Source: Monocercomonoides exilis PA203
Taxonomy: Eukaryota > Protista > Preaxostyla
Reading direction: 5' to 3'
Length of the DNA stretch: 64,000 bases
Assembly: GCA_001643675.2 (NCBI GenBank)
Contig: LSRY02000012.1
Location: 1,364,001-1,428,000, forward strand
Positions 38,556 through 50,035 of this stretch are shown here, one piece after another (positions within the stretch are counted from its first letter, which is position 1; each line of letters opens with the position of its first letter). Both the position numbers and the translations under genes were made by a program. The notes under the pieces were generated by a model that made no database searches, was not told the origin of the DNA, and was given only the letters and a program-made list of their open reading frames with translations.

Positions 38556-40837
38556 CTCATCAGCATTTTTAAGGAGCAGATTTTAGCAGTGCTATAATAA
38601 TTCTTTAAGTATCAAAACAAATGTGTTTTCTCAGTAATATTGAAGCAAATTCATGAAGGGAGGAATTGTTCATTTATGCTGATTGTAATCTTTGAAGAAA
38701 CAAGAGACTTTAACTTCTTTGAAAATGGATATTCCACGAAGAGAAGAGCATTTCACATGCACTTCACTTCTTGTTTGTGTTTATGTTTGCTAATCGTCTT
38801 ATATTTACGCAACTACTTCTTTTCCAGTCATCTTCGTTGTTTACTTTATTCTACAAAGTGTTTCAGTTTATTATTTTGGAAGATGTTTGGCGAATGATTT
38901 ACAGTTAAAAGGATACAACCAAATGCCATGAAAAGGAATCTTCGAATTATGGGACATTTATTTGAGATTTTGGAGAATTTATCAATCGAATTACAACAAC
39001 AATTCACAAATGAAGCAGCTCAGGTACTTTCATACATGAAGAAGATATTTTTGAATTTTCATTTGAAAATATCCAATCAACTTTTCAAGGACATTAACGT
39101 TGTCGTCAGTTGTTAATACCTTATTTAAAGGAAATTTGAAGGAAATGTGCTACAATAAATTCTGCAAAATGAACAATGAGAATGAATGAACAAAAATTTG
39201 GGGTCATGGAAGAGTGAAGAAAACAGAGATGAATCCATCCATTCATCTATCAATTCATATCTTCGCCCATTCTTTTAGTCAAACAGTATTCTTATTTTTT
39301 TTTTTGAAATTTGCTATTGAAAGGCAAACAATTTTGTGGCATTTATTGTAACGAGACCTTCAACATTTGTAAACTGATTTATATTTACCTGGCGATGCTA
39401 TCGATCGAGGTGCCTTCATCAAATTCAAAGATTTAATTAAATTGAAAACTACAAAAACTGCAGATTTTAGAAGCATTTTAATTTGCAAAGCCAGAACTTT
39501 ATGTTTATTGTTATTACAGTTTTATTTTGGTGTATTCTGTGCATTCACCGTGAGATTGATCTTCTTCAAGGATTGATTCACCGACAAAATTACAGTTTTT
39601 ATTTTATTTCTACAGCATCTATTTGTAGTTACCTATTTAACAATTTCAGTTGCATTTTAAAGAAAATGAAAAAAAAAAGATTTTCTTCCTTTCTTTTATG
39701 TTGTTAGTTTTTATTTGGACGTTGAAGGACAACACAAAAAATGCAGTATACATTTCTCGCCTGCAATCATTTATTTTAGTATATGTTTTGAGAGGAGAAT
39801 TGTCAATGCTGTGATTTTTAGTCTACTGTTATCTTTTCCCATTCATTTTACTTGTATCTAAACTCATTATCATTCAAATTGAAGAAAGTGAGCTTAGCGA
39901 ATGAAAGCAGTCAAATAACATAACTCATATTTGATGCTGCCAAAATGAGAAAAAGATGAATTTTGTGACAAATATTTTCTTTTTAAATTTATATTTGTCT
40001 TTGTTGTTCAACTTTCACCTAAAAATAGTCTACTTTTTTGCTCATACATCCAATTTATTTTTTTTAACATTCAAATATTCTATTTTCAAACTATTTATTC
40101 TGTTCTGATTTGTTTCTTCACTTTTTTCTTTTAGTTTTTTCCTATTGTTTTTATTTTTCTGTTAAATTTTCCAGATAAATATTCTTTTTCTTCAGTATAT
40201 ATTTCGTAAAAGTGTTTACAATTGTTTTTGTTTGTACTTTCATTTAACTTCTTTTCTGAGTGTCCTTAGCGAATTTTAGCTCATTTTGACCGACATTATG
40301 AATCTCTATGCGTATTTTCGCACAACTTGTCTATTATTTCTTTTTAGAATTGCCTATTTTTATTTTTATTAATTTTATTTATTTTTTATTTATTTTTTTT
40401 TTTTTCTCTCATCTTTATGGATGCAAGTCATAACAAACAGGTTAATACAAACTTTCAAAAGAGAAAAAAAATTCTATTTTAACAATTCAATAATTCACAA
40501 TTTCATAAAAACACAAATAAATAAGAAAATTAAAAGCAAAACAATAATGATAATAATATCAAAAACAGTAAACAGAAGTGCAATTTTATAATAAAAAAGG
40601 AACAAGTGACTTCTAAAATTAGCGCGAATGTGTGTTCCTTTATAAAAATGCTTAGAGATTTACCCTAGCAATTACAACGAACATATCAACAATGGAACTT
40701 AAAAATTTGCTAATTCCACAAAAGATTAGCTTTTCAATAAAATACAATTCAGATTCATTTGAATTTTCTCCTTTTCATTGTTGAAATAAGATTCAAATTT
40801 CTGTTTTAACAGTTTTATTTGGTTTTTAGTGGTGCAA

Positions 40838-42099
40838 TCAAGTTGTGTCAGAAGAGCAATCACATTCCTCATGTTCAGAATGTATTGCATCGCTTTGAAT
40901 TTCTGCCACTCCTTTGTCTCTTTTTTCATTCATCATGGAAAAATCAGTTGAATTGTCTTGTGGTGCGTAGCTTTCTGTGCCATCAGAATCAACTCCATTA
41001 CTCAAGTGAATTACATTATCAAATTTTTTATTTGCGAGAACGCCTCTCATCATTGAATGCTCAATCTCAATTTCATTTGGACTTAAGATATGGTTCAATA
41101 AATCTGCAGGAGGGTATCCAAATGGTTTTAACTGTAAAAAACATATAAACATATCTCTTATCTAAAAGTACATACTTCATTTAACTTATTTACAAGGTTA
41201 GAATATTGCTTTCTTTCATCAGTACCATCAGCAAGAATTTCCTATTTTGAAAAAAAAATTGAATTTTTCCAAAATAATTTAAGAAGCAAACCAAAATATC
41301 TTTTAAGACGTTCATTTGTCCTTCACAATTCTTTTTGTCCAATTGTGAAACAAATTGCAAAGAACTTTCAAGCCATTGAGGATACTTTAAGAAATAAATA
41401 TAAATTCATCAATAAGGATAATTATACAACAAACATAAATAAATACAATGAATGAAAATAATAAATGTTATAAATATATGTGAAAATATGTGCAATTTTG
41501 ATTTAATATTTTGCAAACTGATTCATTCATTTTTTGAATAAAGGATTTCTCAGATTCATTTTTCGAAAACTGCAGTAATTCGTGAGATATCGAAGGAAGA
41601 ACAACTGAAGATGCAGAATCTTGCTATAGATATTTCATAAATAGCTAGTCACAAATCGCTGAATCAATATTTAAAAAAATAAACCTTGATTTTTGAATAC
41701 ATTTCATCCTGCGTTTCTGCAATTTGATCCAAATTTGATTGCTATTTAAATTTATTTTTCAAAAAAAAGAGTTAGAAATTCAAATAATTACATGTAATTC
41801 AAAACTAAAAATGCGGTCATTATTTCGTCTGTTTGATGCTCAATTTCCTTTAAAGAAAATGTCTAACACAAAAAATATCAAATAAGAAAATAATTTATCG
41901 AAAGATTCATACATTCATAAAGCGCGCCATTTTGCTTTGTTGCTCATGAAGTGTTTCAGAAGGAGCATCCTAAAAAATTTTTTCGTTTGTGAAAAAAAGA
42001 TAAAAAAGAAATTGGAATTTATTAATTCAACTGAAATATTTTGAATCACACTATTAAAAATTTGACTGATTCTAGCATGCCCTTTTGAAACTCGTCCAT
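40838..42099 (-). CDS. Hypothetical protein built from 8 mostly tiny exons
   Basis: Hand-spliced: MDEFQKGMLESVKFLI|DAPSETLHEQQSKMARFMN|TFSLKEIEHQTDEIMTAFL|QSNLDQIAETQDEMYSKIK|QDSA...NES|YPQW...DIL|EILA...SNL|LKPFG...DTT*. All introns GT-AG. Confidence 0.6.
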
Positions 42100-42203
42100 T
42101 TAAATTTATTAATTTTTATTATCAATCTTTAAATATTTTGAAATTTTACAATGGGAATTTGGCTCCATAATTGCAATTATTGCACAATAGTTTTTTTCTG
42201 TAA

Positions 42204-43339
42204 ATGTTGTCCAATATCATTCTCATCGAAATTATAACAATTTTATACATGAAGACTTCTATTAAATATGATTACCCATTCTGTCACTATGTTAATGTGT
42301 GCAAAAAGAACCAGAATTCAATTTTGTGAATGAAAAGATATGATTTATTTTAAAAGACACGCAACGTACAATCAGAATTAGAATACACATGCAGTGTTCC
42401 TATAAATGAAACATTGACAAATGGACATGGGCATTATTTTATTAATGTATACGTTCAATCACAAAGACGATGGAAAGATAAGTTTTTTGTGGGAATTAAA
42501 CACAGCAAAGGAATAAACGGATATACAGGGCCAAAAGAGTTGAACAAAGATAAACCATATTCTGTATAATTTTTAACTTTTGGCATTTTTTAAAACAATT
42601 GATATCCATTTAGAGAAGTTGGTTTTCTTGCAATCAGGAAGCTTTACCTCCGTCAGCAGCACTTCCAAATGCTCCTGATTTAGTAACAACAGACTGTGAA
42701 TTAGTGGTATTGATTAAAAATCAAAATTATTTTATCCCTTCATCAATGAGTATTATGATTCATGTTGATGAAGCAGATAATCTTTATAAAATACCTCCGA
42801 AAGAGTTTTCTCGATCAAAGAGCAAATCTGTTTTTAGTTCTATATTGACAAATAAAGAGACATACTCTATCATTGGAAATGCAACAGGAGAATTTTCAAA
42901 ATATCGAATAAGGAATTTCAAGATTGCACTTAGAGAAGTAGCAATTATTCTGATTGTAATAATATTTATAGTTGCTTTCATTGGATATTTTGGCTTTAAA
43001 TTCCTAAAGTTACATAATAACACCGAATCTGAGAAAACCTTTGTGAACACTTGGGTAAAAGGGAGATACGGTGATCGAGGAAGTCTTGTCGAAGCTAGTC
43101 ACAATGAAACAAGAAACACAAGAGAACACAAAAAAGCGAAGAGGCAAACACTCAAAAAAGATATAATGAACGAAGTCAATGAAAGTAATTCGTGTACTGA
43201 AGATTATGATAAGGAAACAAATAAAGTGTCCACTGAAGAGATAGAACAAAATGATTTTTGTGATCAAATAGAGAGCAGCGAAGAACAAGAAACAACGCAA
43301 TCATCATTTTCTTCGCATTTGCGTCAAAGGCGAAGTTGA
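42204..43339 (+). CDS. Hypothetical type-I membrane protein (signal peptide, one TM, charged tail), 3 exons
   Basis: N-terminus MLSNIILIEIITILY, TM segment VAIILIVIIFIVAFIGYFGF. Two short GT-AG introns restore the frame. Confidence 0.6.
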
Positions 43340-44019
43340 AATTTGATGATACCATTGTGTTTTGTTATTTATGCTTTTAAAAATTATTTTTTGATAAACA
43401 TTATTTGGTTTTATGTTTGAGATCATAAACAACTTTTGATTTGTGTAATTTGATTGAATTTGCAAGAAGGTTTTTTTAGCATAATAATCTTTTGTTAGAT
43501 TGTTTTTATGATGAAAAGATTTTATCGAGCAGAGACGTTATGCATTAAAGATTGCTGGGAGTTTTTTTTTTTTTTTTAACTAAGCACCTTCTAAATTTCA
43601 TTCAAGAGTTTAAATCAAGAATATAAAATCTTCATAAATAAAATCCTGCAAGAATGTAACTTTGAAGGTTCATGTCACCACACTTCAAAGAAGTGAGGAA
43701 AAAGAAGGAATTCAACACAACACAAAAAAAAAAATGAGAATGATTACATTCAACGCACAAATCAACACAAAGTTCAATGGAAAAAATACGTTTTCAAAAG
43801 TGCAATGCACATAATAAAACTACTTGTAAATGATAATTAATGGCTAATAAGATTATCATGGGTATATATCCACATACACTATTAATTTGACAAAACAATC
43901 ATTCCATAAAGCTACCACATCTTATAATTTTTTAATCACTTCTCATTATAAACATGTATCAGTATCCATTCTTCTTGATTGTATATCGTCCTTCTTCATC
44001 CCCAATCTTTCTGTGATGC

Positions 44020-45524
44020 TTATTGTGTATATAGCTCTGGTGGGATAACAGTGGGGATTGGCTTAATTTCTGTGCCAAGCTCTTTTTCAATTTGATACAT
44101 GATGTGACGATCGTCATAAGTGATCAAGTTAATGGCTATACCCAAGTGTCCAAATCTCCCAGATCGGCCAATACGATGCAAATATGTTTCACTAGTCTTA
44201 GGCATATCGAAATTGATGACAACGTTTACTGACTGAATATCAATTCCTCTTGTAAGTAGATCAGAACACACAAGATTTCGTCCAACGCCATTCTTAAAGT
44301 CATGGAACACACGATTTCTTTGTGATTGTGGCATCTGCGCATGAATATAATAGCAGGAATGCCCCATATCTGTAATCTTTTTTGCTAAAAGCACCACCCT
44401 TTGAACAGAGTTACAGAAAATCATTGCTTGATTGATGTTAAGTTTCGAGAATAAGGCATCCAAGCAAGCCACTTTGTGCCTCTCTTCAACAAATGCATAA
44501 TACTGAGTCACACCAAGCAGCGTCAACTCTTCCATTAAATTCACTTCATGTGCCTCTGTCATATATCTATCAGAAAAGCTCTTCACAGTCATGGGGAAAG
44601 TTGCACTGAACAACAGGATCTGCCTCTTGGGAGGGAAGTGATCAAGTATCTCTTCAATTATTACTTGAAATTCAGATGTTAGTAATTTATCGGCTTCATC
44701 CAGAACAAGGGTGGTGCATTGATGCAAATCTGCAACGCCTCTTTTTGTCATATCCAGGATACGTCCTGCAGTCGCAATTAAAAGTTGACCAGGTTCCTTA
44801 AGTTGCAAAATATCATCGCGAAGTGCAGTACCACCAGTAACCATTTGCGCTTTAATCCCCATGAATTTAGACATCTCTTGTGCAATGTGTAATGTTTGAA
44901 TTGCAAGTTCACGTGTTGGAACAATAATTAACGCTATAAAAAACGAAATGTTAATCAAATTATGTTGTTATTAAAGAGATGCAAGTGAAAACTCATTTAT
45001 ACCCTGAATATATTTTTTTGTTTGGTCTATTTTTTCGAGAACTGGAACAAGAAAGGCTCCAGTTTTTCCTGTTCCATTTTTGGCACGAGCAAGAACATTC
45101 CGTCCAAGCAAAGCGACAGGAATAGATTCTTCTTGAACTGGTGATGGTTTCTCAAAGCCCATTGCAAATATACCTTTTAACAGTTCTGTTTTCAATCCAT
45201 AATCTTCAAAAGAATGTCCTTTTGTTGAGGTCACATCCTTTGGATAAGATCATTCAAAAAAAGGCAAATAATCATAGTGAAACAATGATCTAGAAAAGTT
45301 CTAGGGAATTGATGTAATACCTCAGTTTTTGCACGAGAATCATGGAATCGGTTCGAATGCTCAAGAAGGTCATGCTTCGTTTTCTCATCCAGACCACTCA
45401 TCGAAGAGTCCGAGGATGAAGAAGGGACTGGCTCATCTGAAGGTGCATCAGAAGATTTTGCCTCTTCATTTATTGTGGTAGAGGTTTCGCTAGTTGTTAT
45501 TTTCTGCGATTCAATAGAAGACAT
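44020..45524 (-). CDS. DHH1: DEAD-box RNA helicase DDX6/Dhh1; exons 45321-45524, 45003-45237, 44020-44933
   Basis: KTE|[81 protein letters not shown]. Confidence 0.97.
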
Positions 45525-45717
45525 TATTAACTTTTTCTGTTTTTTACAGATCTGACCTATAATATCTGTCAATCAAACTCAATTTTCGTTAAATGCTTGA
45601 ATCATTGGGAAAAAATAATAAATGTCACACAAACTCTTGTTGTTGAATGGAAATCAGTTTGATCATAGACCATCAATATTTACACAAATTTATTCTAATA
45701 TTTCGAAAAAGATAATA

Positions 45718-47149
45718 ATGGAGTTACACATTTCGACTTTCACTGAAACAAATTTTCATTCAAATATATTATTAGGTAATTAAATAAATAAGGATTTTCC
45801 ACTGATATCTTTGTATTTTATTAAGAACAAATCACAAGACTTAATTATCTCAAGCCAGAAGAAATTCAAAACTGCATAAAATCAATAATTGAATGTTGCA
45901 ATTCAATATCTAGAAATGAAGATTTATTATTGATCAAGCGTTCATTTTTAAATCAATTAAATTCTATTTATATCAAAAATGATACTTCAGTAGATGTAAG
46001 GCAAATGATTCTTTGTTTGTTGAAAGAAATTGGACTGAAATCTTTCCTTCTGGATTACACGTTATGGCCAATACTTGATTCTACCGCATTGGAAGATTCA
46101 ATCATGATTGACTTGGAACTTAAAATTCCAGAAATTTCTCGCCTTCGAAAACCAATGAATACTAAAGATCTTGCTTTTAAGAAATGCATATTCGAACTTG
46201 GAATGATTTATTGCTTATGCAAGAGAAATTCCGTTATTTCTTTGACTGTATTGGATTTCATTCTTCCTGAACTATTTTCAACTTTGGAAGAGTTAACAGC
46301 TGAACTATCTACAGATTATATTGAATTTCTTTTTATTGTTTTGCATTCCATCCATCCTAAGTGTATGTTAACCTTTTAATTTGCTGAATAATATCTTTTT
46401 ATTTATTGTTAGTTCATATGATGAAATTCAAATCTTTAGGTTCACTTGAAAAAATGAGAAATATTATTCAAAAAGATGCAAAAATCAATATATTGACTTC
46501 ACTTTGCGTTGTATGTGCGATTTCATTCATAGTAAGGCTTCATAAGTTAAATGCAGTTGCATCAAGAAACGCCTTGAAAGAAATTGACGTGATCTCGAAG
46601 CTTCAGAATGTTTTGCAAGAAACTATGAAAGATAACAAAATATCGGACTTACATTTACTGAATACACAAAAAAGGATGTGGACGTTTAACAGAGCAATAG
46701 AACTTCTTGACTCGTTGCGTTGGATTGAAGAAAGCGAGTTCTTAAAGTTGCTTGCAAATGATGCGCTTCAGGATATTATTGCAAACACTGTCAAAGAGAG
46801 ACATGCTCCAATCAAAGTGAAAACAGCTGCGTTGATGGTTATGAGCGAAGATGTGAAAAGAGGAGGGCTGGCTGGAGTCAACGCTCTTCTGAAGAATAGT
46901 AGATATGAAGCTCCTCTTTTGTTAATTACCCAGTTTTTTGAAGTTTATCGTTTAATAATAACTCAATCGATAAGTTTCATTTGGATTTTACTTGAAGTTA
47001 TAAATAAAAATTCTCTTTTAGCTGAGTGTGGAAGACTCAAAAAAGAAATGGAAGAAGAAGGATTATTTGATGCATTAATTTCAGCAGTGAACATTATCAC
47101 AATAGATGCAAATGACAACTCAGTTCTTTTGCATTTTATTTCAAAATGA
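45718..47149 (+). CDS. Hypothetical helical (possibly ARM/HEAT-like) protein, about 3 exons
   Basis: Two long ORFs separated by a short GT-AG intron, plus a short first exon. Leu/Ile-rich amphipathic pattern. No family recognised. Confidence 0.5.
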
Positions 47150-47411
47150 TTATGTTTTCGGCAATCTTTTTTTAAACAAAAATACTGATTAATGAACTAT
47201 AAGCTTTATTTCAATGATTTCAATTTTATTTCACTAGCAAATAAAAATCAAAGATGCAAACGAGACAATGTTAAAAAACACGACTCACTCAAAATATCTA
47301 TCTATATATATGCATAACCGAAACGCTTATGCTTTAATAATAAATTACCGATTGGTATTTAACATCCTTTGATTTATTCAAGATTGTTAAAGAACAGAAG
47401 TGAACACTTGT

Positions 47412-49868
47412 TCAAGTGTATTCACAGTTTCCTCCTGCGCATGCCAATATTTCCTTCCTTTTATCCTCTGCGTTTGGATCCCATTCAACTTCAGTCATTC
47501 CTTCGATCAGCAATTTCAATACATCTTTTTCTGAATCTTCAATGTTGATTTCCTCGGTTGTGTAATTCTTGCTTAAATTGCATTTTTGAATCGATAAAAG
47601 CTTCTTGCTTGCTTGGATCTCGCTCTTTTTCTTTTCCACTGCTGATTCTCCGAGTCTTTTCCATGTTGCTAGCCATTTCTCATAAACCTCTTTCTCCACT
47701 TCTTCAAATGGCAATTGAGGATATTTCTTTGAGCTTTCGGTCATGTCAGGGAATAACGCAATTCCAGCAAAGCAGTTTGTATGACCTTCCAACCAGTTGA
47801 GAATGGCGTCTTCTTCTCCTTTGAGTGTTTCCGTCCCCACTCCTCCTTCTTTCATTACTGTTTGTGTCTGGTTGTAGTTCACAGTCAATGACACGTTGTG
47901 ATAGTTAGGTCCTGATCGATGTGAAGTTTGGATGAAATGCTGATGAATGAATGCTGCTCTATCTAACAGAGAAACAGCTGCTTCATTGTCTCTGACGATT
48001 GATCCGCTCATGTTGATGGGCATTGTCACCACAAGCGATGCTGGAACTGCTGTGGCTCTCAACCCAGACGATGATGATGATGATTCAGTGGGCGAAGGAA
48101 CGGGAGAAGGTGTTCTTCCTTCGCTTTCTGCCTTTGCATCGTCCATTTCTGCTTTTTGTTTCGCTTTTTCTGCTTCTTCCCTTTGGATCTTCTCCTCTTC
48201 GTCTTTCAGTTTTTGTCTTGAATAAACGTCTGTTTCGATAAGCGGCAATCCAATGTGCTTTTCGCATTCGTCCGCCAATCTCGCAATTTGATAAACTGGT
48301 GTGCTTTTCGGAGAAATAACAAAATGTGTCTGCTCCGTTTCGTCTGAAATCTCATCTGTTTTTGCTTTCAAATTATCGACAATATTCAGCAAATATGCAG
48401 TTATTGGAGAATTTGACTCGATTCTCACTCTTCTCAGATAATATGGAGCATGAGCCGCATGAATTCCAGAAGTTGTTCCAAGCAATGCTGATGTTGTCCC
48501 ACTTGGCTTAACACATCCAATTCGAGCAGCTGGATTGATTCCGAGTCTCTTTGCCCATTCTGCATTCACTTCCTTTGCTCTTTGTGCTGCCTCTTCAAGC
48601 GTTGCTCCTCCATCTGCTGAGATTAGTTCCCAGTTTTGTGCAAGTCCCGTTAGCGAAACACCAAGAAGTGCTTCCTCTTCGCAATTCTTCTTCCATTCCG
48701 GTTGGATAAACTCAAAATTGGTGTATGTTGCCTGCAATGTTCCTAATGCTGTTGCTGCTTCAACTGCTTCAATAAATTCTTTTTTGTTTTTGCACGCAGC
48801 AACGTTCACTTCAGTTAAATTGCACATTTGCTTTGACCTTAACGAAATTTCAGCACATGGATTTGTTCCGTAATCTGGATCATTTGTCAAAAATACCCCT
48901 GGCTCTCCTGTTCCATTCTCAAAGCATTTCCTCACGCACCTTTTCAGATCAGACATAAATGAAGGAGAACTTCGAAGCAGAACTGCCGAATTGTTTGCTC
49001 TGGCTCTGTGTGGATGAGTGTTGAACCATTCCCATCCTGCTTTGCAATTCATCATTTCCTCATCATCAATATCAAATAACGAAATCAAAGCACTTCTTCT
49101 GGAGCCTCCTGACACAATCAAATCTCCAATCTGACATAAAATATCATGAACTTCTAGAGGTTTTAATTTTCTCCCAATCGCTCCTTTAATAATGGTGCGA
49201 AGATTTTCATGCATCAGTTCCAAAGTTTCTGGTCCACTGGCAGTTCCTCCAGTTGACAATTGAGCGCCCCGTGGGCGAATTTTTGAATAATTAAATTGTA
49301 CTTCCGGATTCTCCAATAAATGAACAACTGATTCAGCCCATCCTTCTTTTGTATCAGGAATTATGAACAATTCTTCGTGTCCTTGTTTAATTGCTGGTAA
49401 TTTTGAAACATGTCTTTTCTGTACGCTGTATCCACATCCGCATCCGCAGCACAATAAAAACAATATATCAGCGAAATCTCTGAAATTTTCAATGTTTGTA
49501 AAGCTGCAATTGTACATTCGCGCATTTGACAATTCAATTGCTCTTCCTGCGTATTGCATCGATCTCATCGAAGGAACAACTTTTCGTTCCCTCACAAAAT
49601 TCATTGCTTGATGAATTTCAAAGAAATGTTCAGGAAATTTATTAATATGCATGTTTTCCACTCTCTGAACAGTTTCTTCATAAGTTTCTTTTCTTCCCGA
49701 TGAAAGAGTTTGTGAATAAGTTCGATAAAATACTATTTCTGACATCTGGTGCATATGTTTACAAACAACTCAAAATATAATCAATTTTCAAAAAAATGAA
49801 GCTCAAACGATTCGAGAGCAATCAAATTTTTCTTCAGAATTTTGTGATGTTATCATCTCTTCTGACAT
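47412..49868 (-). CDS. nrdJ: Adenosylcobalamin-dependent class II ribonucleotide reductase, monomeric type (NrdJm/RTPR); one intron at 49746-49808
   Basis: IVFYRTYS, PSMR, YNCSF, GGSRRSALISL, RARANNS, GEPG, TNPCAEISL (radical Cys), CNLTEVN, VKPSGTTS, PQLPFEE and the C-terminal CAGGNCE cysteine pair. Confidence 0.93.
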
Positions 49869-50035
49869 GTAATTTTCAATTGTGTTTCTGAATGTTACGA
49901 TAGATAAACGAATAACCAAATTCGATCTTACAGCTTTTATACTCGAAATGTCAGATCTTAACAGCCTTTAATTATAAATTTTTGACCTTAATTTATTAAC
50001 CAAAAATTAATTCAAATTATACAAGGTTATAGCGC

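Noticed and set aside
38640-39710. Additional gene(s) downstream of cyclin copy 2 (similar weak signal at 17100-17480)
   Set aside because: Coding-like patches could not be spliced into a stop-free model. At most degenerate fragments.
47900-48400. Intein or self-splicing intron in the RNR insertion
   Set aside because: No intein terminal motifs (C/S start, HN end) and no homing-endonuclease motifs. The inserts are low-complexity and in frame.
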